A DNA stretch of 64,000 nucleotides from an uncultured delta proteobacterium (GTDB lineage Bacteria > Desulfobacterota > Desulfomonilia > Desulfomonilales > Desulfomonilaceae): the NCBI GenBank assembly GCA_963789265.1, contig CAWBKB010000003.1:864001-928000 (forward strand), given 5' to 3'. Within the stretch, counting starts at the first letter, position 1, and each line of letters opens with the position of its first letter. A program made the translations under genes and the position numbers. Under the pieces are notes generated by a model. That model had not been told where the DNA came from, did no database searches, and was given only the letters and a program-made list of their open reading frames with translations. Of the stretch, positions 43,103-52,174 are shown piece by piece.

Positions 43103-43312
43103 ATGGCAACCGCGCAAGTTGAAAGGATATTCGAACCGGCGGCGGAACAACAGCACTGTGTTCACGCCCACACAGGCAAGGCCCCCCGGACTAAAATGTG
43201 CGCCCAAAACTATGAATGCGGAACCTGCCCTTTTGATCAGATGCTCGACGATGTAGTTCACAGTCGCCAGGATAGCCCCAAACTTCGAGAAATATCGGTT
43301 AAGGCTGCTTGA
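43103..43312 (+). CDS. Small stand-alone Cys-rich domain protein (69 aa)
   Basis: AGGAGG RBS; CVHAHTGKAPRTKMCAQNYECGTCPFDQMLDD closely matches a domain of the next gene. Confidence 0.75.
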   Translation: MATAQVERIFEPAAEQQHCVHAHTGKAPRTKMCAQNYECGTCPFDQMLDDVVHSRQDSPKLREISVKAA

Positions 43313-43479
43313 GGCCCGGCTGCGGAGGCAACTCCTGCTCCGACCGGCCGTTACAGCCCAACGGTTCAATTCCACTGGTCCGATTACGCCTGGCTACGGT
43401 ATTGAAAGCGTTTGACAGCAGATTGTGGACAAAATAGACGAATCAAACCGACAGAGAATACCCTCAAAGGAGGCTACCA

Positions 43480-44376
43480 ATGGCAACAATAGACAAAAAG
43501 AGAAACGTGCCCACCGGGTTCAACTTCTCCGAAAAGGAGTGCATCTGGATGCGGGCTAAGGTCGTGCCCACCAAGTATTGCGACAATGCGTTCGACTGCA
43601 CTACCTGTGCTTTCGACAAAGGCATGGCCCGCAAGATGTCCCTGGAATCCCATGAGGCCGGGTGGGATACGAAAATGTTCGATCTGCCGGTTCAGGATCA
43701 GCGTTGTCGCCATGCTCTCACGGGACGTGCGCCTCAAAACAAGATGTGCGCACGCAACTACGAATGCGGAGACTGTCCGTACGATCAAATGCTGGATGAC
43801 ATGATACAGGTGGACCACACTCTTTTCGGGCCGCCGCAGTATCTGAACGCGCATGGTTTTCTTGTTCCCCGGGACTACTACATTCACAAGGGCCACGGTT
43901 GGGCCCGGCTGGAATACGGCGGCCGCGTGCGTGTGGGATTGGACGATTTCGGAAACCGGCTTGTCGGCAAGGTGGACAAATTTCGGCTTCCGGCGCTGGG
44001 GACTCGTTTTAAAACCGGCGAAGAATCATTCATTCTTCAAAGGGAAGGCAACGAAGCCGGGATAAGGGCCCCGCTTCAGGGAGTGGTCACGGCGGTCAAT
44101 CAGAAGCTCTTGGATCAGCCCCAGTGCGCAAACGCGGATCCGTACAGTTCAGGCTGGGTGATGCTGGTGGATCCTCTTGAGCTGAAACCCGATCTCAAGG
44201 AACTTTGCTTCGGAGTTGACAGCGTGAAGTTCATAGAAGCGGAAGCTGAGCGTCTGCTCTCCATGATTACCGACGACCCGACTGCCGCGGCGGCCACAGG
44301 TGGTGAGCCAATAGCCGACGTATACGGGGCGTTTAGAGAGATAGGCTGGGATCGGCTGGTCAGAGGTTTTATCTAA
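43480..44376 (+). CDS. GcvH-like protein with two N-terminal Cys-rich domains, lacking the lipoyl-lysine
   Basis: YYIHKGHGWAR, VRVGLDDFG..LVG, APLQGVVTAVN, NADPYSSGW; lipoyl site reads LQREGNEA instead of ESVKA. Confidence 0.82.
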   Translation: MATIDKKRNVPTGFNFSEKECIWMRAKVVPTKYCDNAFDCTTCAFDKGMARKMSLESHEAGWDTKMFDLPVQDQRCRHALTGRAPQNKMCARNYECGDCPYDQMLDDMIQVDHTLFGPPQYLNAHGFLVPRDYYIHKGHGWARLEYGGRVRVGLDDFGNRLVGKVDKFRLPALGTRFKTGEESFILQREGNEAGIRAPLQGVVTAVNQKLLDQPQCANADPYSSGWVMLVDPLELKPDLKELCFGVDSVKFIEAEAERLLSMITDDPTAAAATGGEPIADVYGAFREIGWDRLVRGFI

Positions 44377-44389
44377 GACCAATTCGCGT

Positions 44390-44469
44390 TTGTCCTAGGA
44401 GTTAGTGGGACCGGCATCCTGCCGGTCCATGACGGTGCATTCACAGGAATGCGCCGTAACTTGTCCTAG
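44390..44469. mobile_element. Miniature element with 9-bp flanking direct repeat
   Basis: TTGTCCTAG at 44390 and 44461 flanking a GGACCGGCATCCTGCCGGTCC hairpin. Confidence 0.5.
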
Positions 44470-44530
44470 ACAGGACATTGCGGGGTAGTCCCGAGGGACC
44501 CGCGGGACTGCTTGCTGTTCGTTACTCTGG

Positions 44531-44723
44531 ACTCCGATCCAATAGGCGCTAACTTAATGCGGCGTCTTGATTCCGCAAGGCCCCCTCACCCTGCCCTCTC
44601 CCGCCACGGGGAGAGGCTTTTCTTGATCCCCTCCCTTGATGGGAGGGGGAAGGGGGAGGGTGATAAGGCATTGAAATTACCAGGCAGCACGACAATAAGT
44701 TAGCGTCTATGGCACTCCGATCC
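44531..44723. mobile_element. MITE with 15-bp terminal inverted repeats
   Basis: ATAGGCGCTAACTTA (44542-44556) / TAAGTTAGCGTCTAT (44696-44710), flanked by ACTCCGATCC direct repeats; internal CCCTCACCC..CCCTCTCCC / GGGAGGGTGA palindromes. Confidence 0.7.
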
Positions 44724-44893
44724 GGGGTCCAGCGTGGATGCCCGCATAGACGGGCATGACGCCATGCAAGGCGGGTTTGAAACCCGCCCCTACCAGAAAC
44801 ACGGTGTCACTTGCTCGCGCATTGTGAGATCGGCGTGATTTGGTTTCAACGCATGGCCAAGAACCGTTTTCTTTTGCGGTCCATTGTTGCGAG

Positions 44894-46343
44894 CTATGTG
44901 TTGATCAATTTGGCAGCAGTGATGCGAATGATGTCTATTATCGGGGACGGATACACGCCAAGCAGTAGGAGTAGCAATGTGAGGGCTGCCAGAAACTATG
45001 CTTGCTGCAACCGGAGCGGATGAAGACGGAAGGATGGTCTCCCGTTCCGCGGGCGCTCTTGAAAAGGTCACAATAATAACTCTAAGGTAATAAAAAAGAC
45101 CAATAGCACTATTTATTACCAGGATCGTTACAAGCAGCCACAAGGCAGAGCCGATTCCCGCGGTCATCACATATAATTTTCCGAGAAATCCAGCGGTCAG
45201 GGGAATGCCAGCCAATGACAGAAGCATTGCGGTGAAGACGCCGGCCAGCCAGGGCCTCTTCCATGCCAACCCTCGATAGTCTTCCAGGTCCTCCGCGTCT
45301 CCCTCACTGCCAGATAGCACCGTGATAACGCCGAAGGCACCCAACGTAGTCACAAAATAGGCGACTAAATAGAAACTGACCGCAGTAATTGCCATCGGAC
45401 CGGTCGCCAGAAACGCTATCAGCAAGTATCCCATGTGAGCGATGGATGAATACGCCAGAATGCGCTTCACGTTATTCTGCAGGAGGGCCAGGAAATTCCC
45501 GACAAACATTGAAGCGATCGCTACAGCACTGAATACAATAAAGAGCGGCGTCTGAGCTTGAACATTCGATTGCGTCAGGTACCTGAACAGGACCGCAAAC
45601 ATTGCGCCCTTAGACACTGTTGCAATAAAGGCCGTTATGGGTGCGGGCGCCCCCTCATATACGTCGGGGGTCCACATGTGGAATGGCGCCACCGCGAGTT
45701 TGAATCCTATACCTATAATCAGCATGGAGAGGCCTGTCACTACTACGGCTGAGCCTGCACTGCTCATGCTGGATAACAACTTCAGACCAATTAGATCCAT
45801 TCTGCCCACTTGCGCGTATATTAGGGCCATTCCAAAGAGCAAGAACGCATCGGACATTGCCGCCAAAATCAGGTATTTTACGCCCGCTTCAATACTCTTT
45901 GGCAGCCTCCTCAGGTAGGCAATAAGCGCATACAATGACACGTTGAGAGTTTCCAGGCCCACAAAGAAAGAGGCAAAGTGGCTGCTGCTTACCATTACCG
46001 AAGCCCCCAAAGCAGCAGTTAGCAAGATGACATAAAACTCCTCTTTATTCTCTTCGTGTTTCTTCAGATAGCCGTATGCCAGGAGAGCGACAGGTAAAGT
46101 CGTGCCCACCATCAATGCCATGAAGAAGAGAGCGTATCCGTCCATGAGGATGAGTGGCGTTACCTGCCGAGGGGCCACGGGAGAAATTAGAAATATTACG
46201 CCCAATGTCAGGACGAGGCCCGCCACGGTCAATACAGCAGTCAGCAAGTGATTGCGGTAGAACACGATCGCCAACATGATGGCCGCAGGCGTCGCAGCCA
46301 TCACAAAGAAGGGCGAAAGCGTAAAGAGGTCTGCTGAATTCAT
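44894..46343 (-). CDS. nuoN: NADH-quinone oxidoreductase subunit N; apparent frameshift at ~44994
   Basis: EAGVKY, FKLAVAPFHMWTPDVYEGAP, KRILAYSSIAH; last TM helix (LLLLGVYP) restored by removing one base. Confidence 0.92.
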
Positions 46344-47917
46344 GGGTTATTCGGGTCAGCCTCCGAGGGGCCATCGCCCAGCTTTCTAGAAAAAGTCGAT
46401 GAAAACACGACCTCTCGACTGACGACAACTTGCCGTGCGGCAACCACCTTCTTTTGCAAAGCCGAAAGGGCCGGCGCTGAAGTGTTAAGCACTGGCTGAG
46501 GGTGAAGCCCTAACCACAGCAGGCCCGCGGCCATTACGGCAGTAATTGCGGCTTCTCTAACAGATAGATCGGGCAATCGCAAAAACTTGTGAAGAGGTCC
46601 GTAAAACGCCCGCTGAATCATCCAGGTTGCGTAAATGACTGACATGACCAGCCCAAAAGCTGCAGGCACAGCCGCGAACGCGTTTACTTTGTAAGTTCCC
46701 ACCAGCACCAGGAATTCACCTACGAAATTGCCGAGGCCGGGCAAACCGAGAGAAGCTACGGCAAAAAATAAGGCCATTCCTCCCAGCCAAGGTACAGCGG
46801 GCCAGAGTCCGCCCATCTGATTCATGTCGCGAGTATGAATTCGCTCCTGAAGCATGCCCACAAGTACGAAGAGCGCCCCTGTGCTGAGACCGTGGCAGAT
46901 CATCTGCATCACTGCGCCTTGAAGCGCCATCGAATTCAGCGCATAGATTCCAATGAGCACAAAACCCAAGTGGCTGATGCTGGTGTACGCCACAAGCCTC
47001 TTGATATCAGTCTGAGCAAAGGCCATCGCGGCACCGTACAGGATGCCGATTACCCCCAGCCCCATGGCAACTGGTGTGAAAGCCAGGGCAGCACCAGGAA
47101 ACAGCGGAATTGCGAAACGCAATAGACCGTATGCGCCGGTTTTCAGCAGCAAACCTGCGAGGATTACACTGCCGGCGGTGGGGGCTTCCGTGTGCGCATC
47201 AGGCAACCACGTGTGTATGGGTACTACCGGCAGCTTTACCGCAAACGCGACGAAAAAGCCGAGCATCAGCCACATAGACGTGGAGGCTGAGATCGCCGTG
47301 CCCAACAGGTCGGAGTAGTTGAATGTGTATGTACCGGTATTATGGCCGTGTATCAGATAGAGCCCCAAAATTGCCAGCAGCATGAAAAGGCCGCCCGCCT
47401 GAGTGAAGATAAAGAATTTGAAGGCTGCATATATTCTGTTCTCGTGGCCCCATATCCCGATAAGAAAGTACATGGGCACGAGCATCAATTCCCAGAAGAA
47501 GTAAAAGAGGACCAGATCCAAGGCCAAAAAGACCCCTATTATCCCGGCCAGGACCATCATCAAATTGAAATGGAAGAAGCCGACCCGATCTTGTATCTCG
47601 CTCCAGGAGCAAAGCACCGACACGATCCCCAGAAAAACTGTGAGCAGGATCAGAAGAAGACTCAGGCCATCCATCCCGAGATGAAAACTTATGCCCAATT
47701 GAGGGATCCAGGCCCGATTCAGTTCGAACATCCAGGTGTTCTGTCCGAGACTTACCACGCCCGGGATCTGTTTCAGCCAGATTCCCAGAATTATCGCCAG
47801 ATCGATGAAAAGCGCTACCAGTGCAGACCACCGAGACCACTTGGAACTCCAACAGGAAAGAAGCCAGGCCAAAAGACCGCCGGCCAAGGGAATAATGATC
47901 AGCCAGGCTAATATCAT
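46340..47917 (-). CDS. nuoM: NADH-quinone oxidoreductase subunit M
   Basis: DGLS, FWELMLVPMY, AVKLPVVPIHTWLPDAHTEAP. Confidence 0.95.
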   Translation of the reverse strand: MILAWLIIIPLAGGLLAWLLSCWSSKWSRWSALVALFIDLAIILGIWLKQIPGVVSLGQNTWMFELNRAWIPQLGISFHLGMDGLSLLLILLTVFLGIVSVLCSWSEIQDRVGFFHFNLMMVLAGIIGVFLALDLVLFYFFWELMLVPMYFLIGIWGHENRIYAAFKFFIFTQAGGLFMLLAILGLYLIHGHNTGTYTFNYSDLLGTAISASTSMWLMLGFFVAFAVKLPVVPIHTWLPDAHTEAPTAGSVILAGLLLKTGAYGLLRFAIPLFPGAALAFTPVAMGLGVIGILYGAAMAFAQTDIKRLVAYTSISHLGFVLIGIYALNSMALQGAVMQMICHGLSTGALFVLVGMLQERIHTRDMNQMGGLWPAVPWLGGMALFFAVASLGLPGLGNFVGEFLVLVGTYKVNAFAAVPAAFGLVMSVIYATWMIQRAFYGPLHKFLRLPDLSVREAAITAVMAAGLLWLGLHPQPVLNTSAPALSALQKKVVAARQVVVSREVVFSSTFSRKLGDGPSEADPNNP

Positions 47918-49806
47918 GAGAACACCATGATCGCTACGACGAGAACAGCACCGATAACGATTCCTACTGCGTAGCGTCGGAGAATTCCCGACTGAGTGTC
48001 GCTGAGGACGCAATGAAAAAACCGGCTGAGGCCGGCAATGCCCAGGTATATCTGATCCAGCACATCCGAACGATTTATGCGGGCCAACCAAACAAATGGC
48101 TTCACAAGCAATTTGTCGTAAAGCCAGTCGAACCCCCAACCGTTGAACCACAGCCGATGGGCAATTCGGCCTGGTGTGGACGCCGCCAAATTGTCTGCAT
48201 AGCGGGGCTGACGAAGGAAAAAGACATACGCGACGTAGATCCCAATCAGGGAAATGGCTCCGCTTGCTATCTCGAAAATCTCTTCAGCTCGCATAGACAC
48301 GTTTGCCACAGCCGTGGCAGGGAGCGCAGTTTTCAAGAAATCCGAAAAGATCCTAACGTTTCCTAAAACATGAGGCAGTTCAATAAAACCTATGATCACC
48401 GACAGAACCGCCAGTATTATCAAAGGAACTCGGATCACTTTCGTAGGCCGCCACTCGACAGCCTCTTTTGGTTCACCCCAAAAGGTCAAAAATACCATAC
48501 GAAAGGAATAGATCGAGGTTAGTAAAGCGCCTACTAATGCTCCAAGGCCCAGCCAAAAGCCGCCTCTCGGCGCCAACCATGCATGCCAAATGATCGGGTC
48601 TTTGCTGTAGAAACCGCCGGTCACAAGCGGCAGGGCCGACAAGGATGCAGCGCCGACAAGAAAAGTCCAGAATGTGACAGGCAGTTGCTTCCTTAGCCCG
48701 CCCATCTTGAACATGTCACGTTCTTCATGGAGGGCCGTTATTACTACGCCTGCGCTCAGAAAGAGGAGTGCTTTGAAAAACGCATGACTCACGAAGTGGA
48801 AAATTGCCGCAGACCAAGCTCCGACTCCTAGTGCAAGGAACATGTAACCGATTTGACTGATGGTCGAATAGGCCAAAACGCGCTTAATATCGAATTGCGT
48901 CATCGCGCTGAAGCCTGCCAGCAGCAAAGTGGCGCATCCGATTATCGCAACGGCAAACTGAACAGGAGGCGCTAAAGTGAAAAGCGCATGTGTGCGCGCA
49001 ATGAGGTAAACTCCTGCTGTCACCATGGTAGCAGCATGTATCAGGGCGCTAACAGGCGTGGGACCGGCCATTGCGTCGGGCAGCCATGTCTGCAAGGGCA
49101 ATTGAGCTGATTTTCCCAGAGCGCCTCCCAATAACAACGCGGCCGCGACAATGGCTGCGCAGGAACCCACAGGCCATTGCTGCGAAGCGCGGTGCATAAG
49201 TTCTTGGATTTGCAACGTTCCGAGGCTGTTAAAAAGAAAGAATAGGCCGATGGCCATAGCAGTGTCGCCAAGTCGAGTTACAATAAAAGCTTTGATGGCC
49301 GCACGACCGTTAGCCGGATCTTTGTACCAGAAGCCGATAAGTAAATAACTGCAGAGCCCTACCCCCTCCCATCCCAAATATAGAAACACCAGATTGTCTG
49401 CCAGCACAAGCACCAGCATGGACCCAACAAACAAATTCATGTACGCGAAGAATCGGCTATACCCTCCCTCCTCTGCCATATACTCCGCGGAGTATAGATG
49501 AATTAGAAAACCCACTATGGTCACCACAAGTATCATGACCACTGACAATGCGTCCAAATAGAGCGCTATTTGCGGTGCAAAACCTCCCACTTGCATCCAG
49601 GTTTTGATGATCTCAGTGTAAGCGTAATGCGGAGGCGCGGATGTTATAAATTCTATACCCGTAACAGTTGCCGCCAACGCGGAAAGACCAACCGACCCGA
49701 CGCCCACGATTGCTACTCCGGGTCGGGAAATCCGCGAGCCAAACAGCACCAGTATGGCAAAACCGGCTAAAGGAACCGCTGGGACCAGCCACAGGAACTC
49801 AAACAT
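47914..49806 (-). CDS. nuoL: NADH-quinone oxidoreductase subunit L
   Basis: GWEGVGLCSYLLIGFW, GKSAQLPLQTWLPDAMAGPTPVSALIHAATMV. Confidence 0.95.
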   Translation of the reverse strand: MFEFLWLVPAVPLAGFAILVLFGSRISRPGVAIVGVGSVGLSALAATVTGIEFITSAPPHYAYTEIIKTWMQVGGFAPQIALYLDALSVVMILVVTIVGFLIHLYSAEYMAEEGGYSRFFAYMNLFVGSMLVLVLADNLVFLYLGWEGVGLCSYLLIGFWYKDPANGRAAIKAFIVTRLGDTAMAIGLFFLFNSLGTLQIQELMHRASQQWPVGSCAAIVAAALLLGGALGKSAQLPLQTWLPDAMAGPTPVSALIHAATMVTAGVYLIARTHALFTLAPPVQFAVAIIGCATLLLAGFSAMTQFDIKRVLAYSTISQIGYMFLALGVGAWSAAIFHFVSHAFFKALLFLSAGVVITALHEERDMFKMGGLRKQLPVTFWTFLVGAASLSALPLVTGGFYSKDPIIWHAWLAPRGGFWLGLGALVGALLTSIYSFRMVFLTFWGEPKEAVEWRPTKVIRVPLIILAVLSVIIGFIELPHVLGNVRIFSDFLKTALPATAVANVSMRAEEIFEIASGAISLIGIYVAYVFFLRQPRYADNLAASTPGRIAHRLWFNGWGFDWLYDKLLVKPFVWLARINRSDVLDQIYLGIAGLSRFFHCVLSDTQSGILRRYAVGIVIGAVLVVAIMVFS

Positions 49807-49807
49807 A

Positions 49808-50116
49808 TTACCCTCGCATCGTGCGGGCAGCATCCGAATCCAGCGTGCCAAAACGGTGGTACAACTGGAGCACGAGGGCTAGTCCGATTGCCACTTCAGC
49901 CGCCGCCATTGTCAGGATAAATATGAACATTATCTGTCCGTCGGCCTGTTGCCGTGCGGCACCCGCCACTATGAAGGCAAGTCCCGCGGCATTCAGCATA
50001 ATTTCAATAGACATCAACATAAAAATGATATTGCGCCGCACCAGGACCCCGATAGTTCCAAGGGCAAACAGTATCCCGGCCAAAATGAGTCCGTGTTCCA
50101 TTGGGATTGCTGACAT
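49808..50116 (-). CDS. nuoK: NADH-quinone oxidoreductase subunit K
   Basis: [27 protein letters not shown]. Confidence 0.95.
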   Translation of the reverse strand: MSAIPMEHGLILAGILFALGTIGVLVRRNIIFMLMSIEIMLNAAGLAFIVAGAARQQADGQIMFIFILTMAAAEVAIGLALVLQLYHRFGTLDSDAARTMRG

Positions 50117-50643
50117 CACGATGATTCCCTTTTTTGCGAAGATGTTACATTGTCCCGGTCCGGCCGCCCGAGGTGATAGGCCCCTATCAGCCCCGCGAGT
50201 AGCAGCATTGACGCCAATTCCACTCCCAAGATGTAAGGCCCGAACAGCACGATGGCAACTTGATTGGGGCCGACTTGCGCGGCCGCGGGGAAATGTCCGC
50301 CACCTCTTACGAGAGCGTAGACCAGTTCCGCCAAGAGAATTATCGCCAGAATGGAAGGCCCCACCCACGTCCCGGGACTGAGCCAATCTTTTTCCCGATT
50401 TAGGTCGGCGCGGCCCGGATTGATCATCATGATGACGAAAACAAATAGAACCATTATGGCCCCCGCGTAGATAATTACCTCGAGAGCTGCGGCAAATGGT
50501 GCTCCAAGTGCAAAAAAGATCAATGCCACTGAAAAAAGAGACAAAATAAGATAAAGCAGAGCGTGTACAAGATTAGTGCGAGTCACGACCATTATCGTTG
50601 AGATGACTGCTACAAGAGCGGATATGTAAAATAGCGCGCTCAT
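50116..50643 (-). CDS. nuoJ: NADH-quinone oxidoreductase subunit J
   Basis: [34 protein letters not shown]. Confidence 0.95.
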   Translation of the reverse strand: MSALFYISALVAVISTIMVVTRTNLVHALLYLILSLFSVALIFFALGAPFAAALEVIIYAGAIMVLFVFVIMMINPGRADLNREKDWLSPGTWVGPSILAIILLAELVYALVRGGGHFPAAAQVGPNQVAIVLFGPYILGVELASMLLLAGLIGAYHLGRPDRDNVTSSQKRESS

Positions 50644-50669
50644 AATATCCTCGACACAGACACTTTGCC

Positions 50670-51182
50670 TTATGGCATCAACGTATGAATATCCATCGGG
50701 GGGGCTTCATTTTCTGCCTCGCCTTTATCTTTGCCGCCAATGGCCAAGCCGGCTACTTTGTAAAAATTGTACCCGGGATATTTGCCCTGGCCGCTTATCA
50801 GGAGATCTTCTTTCTCGTAAACCAGGTTGTGCCGTTCGTATTCGCACATCTCGAAATCAGGCGTAAGCTGAATGGCATAGGTAGGGCATGCTTCCTCGCA
50901 AAAGCCGCAGAATATGCACCGTGAAAAGTTGATTCGGAAGAATTCCGGGTAGCGCCTGCCATGTTCGTCTTCCGTGGCTTGCAGAGCAATACAATCCACA
51001 GGACAAGCCACTGCACAAAGATAGCAAGCTACGCAGCGCTCTTCTCCGTCCGGATCGCGGGACAATATGATTCGACCTCTCCATCTCGGTGGAATATAAG
51101 GTTTTTCCTCGGGATAAAGTATGGTCTCCCGCTTTCGGAAGGTGTGCAAGAATATAGTCCATACAGTTTTGAGCAATGCCAA
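50670..51182 (-). CDS. nuoI: NADH-quinone oxidoreductase subunit I
   Basis: [12 protein letters not shown] and [12 protein letters not shown] ferredoxin motifs. Confidence 0.95.
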   Translation of the reverse strand: MALLKTVWTIFLHTFRKRETILYPEEKPYIPPRWRGRIILSRDPDGEERCVACYLCAVACPVDCIALQATEDEHGRRYPEFFRINFSRCIFCGFCEEACPTYAIQLTPDFEMCEYERHNLVYEKEDLLISGQGKYPGYNFYKVAGLAIGGKDKGEAENEAPPMDIHTLMP

Positions 51183-51194
51183 CGTAAAGCCTCC

Positions 51195-52151
51195 TCAGCG
51201 GCCCGATGCCAACACGATACCACCGGTCACCAACAAGTTCAGAAGGGTGATCGGCAGCATCACCTTCCAGCCAAAAGACATCAATTGATCGTAGCGCGGC
51301 CTGGGGAGTGATGCTCGGACCAGGATAAAGCCGCCAATGAAGAAGAAGGTCTTCAGGAAAAACCAGACGATGGGCGGCAAAACAGGTCCCAGCCATCCGC
51401 CGAAGAACAGTGCAACGGTCAAGGTAGAAATTAACGTAATACCGAGATATTCACCCACGAAAAACATGCCGAACTTCATTCCTGAGTATTCGGTATGGTA
51501 CCCGGCAACCAATTCATTTTCGGCTTCAGGAAGATCGAACGGCAGTCGGCGAGTCTCGGCAAGACCCGCGATCAGGAAAATCACGAGCCCCAGGAACTGG
51601 GGAATACAAAACCAGATGTTCCTCTGAGCTTCCACGATGTCACGGAGGTTAAACGAGCCCGCCAGCATCACAACGCCCATGACCGACAGCCCCATGAATA
51701 CCTCGTAGCTCAGCATCTGGGCCGCAGCCCGAATCCCGCCCAGCAATGAGTATTTATTATCCGAGGCCCAGCCTGCGAGCGCCACACTGTAGACACTCAA
51801 AGAAGACATCGCCAGAAAGAAAAGAAGCGCAATGTTAAGATTCACCACTTGAATGCCCGGCGCAAAAGGGATCACTGAAAAAGAGAGCAGGACAGTCACC
51901 ATGATTACGGCAGGAGCAATTACGAACACCGCTTTGTCGCCAAACGGCGGAATCCAATCTTCCTTAGTAAATATCTTGATCATGTCTGCAAGAACTTGTA
52001 GCAGCCCGAAAGGTCCCGCGCGGTTGGGGCCGTAACGATCCTGCCAAAGCCCCAAAAGCCGTCGTTCCACCCAGATGAGTCCGGCAGCTATGCCGATCAT
52101 GACGAGCAAAACTCCCACGATGATTATGAGGGGCCTGATGATTTCGGTCAT
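51195..52151 (-). CDS. nuoH: NADH-quinone oxidoreductase subunit H
   Basis: ERR...[29 protein letters not shown]. Confidence 0.95.
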   Translation of the reverse strand: MTEIIRPLIIIVGVLLVMIGIAAGLIWVERRLLGLWQDRYGPNRAGPFGLLQVLADMIKIFTKEDWIPPFGDKAVFVIAPAVIMVTVLLSFSVIPFAPGIQVVNLNIALLFFLAMSSLSVYSVALAGWASDNKYSLLGGIRAAAQMLSYEVFMGLSVMGVVMLAGSFNLRDIVEAQRNIWFCIPQFLGLVIFLIAGLAETRRLPFDLPEAENELVAGYHTEYSGMKFGMFFVGEYLGITLISTLTVALFFGGWLGPVLPPIVWFFLKTFFFIGGFILVRASLPRPRYDQLMSFGWKVMLPITLLNLLVTGGIVLASGR

Positions 52152-52174
52152 ATCAGTCTTCGCTCACTTTGCGC

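Noticed and set aside
43480..44376. Annotation as true glycine cleavage H protein (gcvH)
   Set aside because: Lipoyl Lys is absent, extra Cys domains are present, and no gcvT/P is nearby
44390..44793. CRISPR array
   Set aside because: Repeats are heterogeneous hairpins and TIRs, not regularly spaced identical repeats; no cas genes
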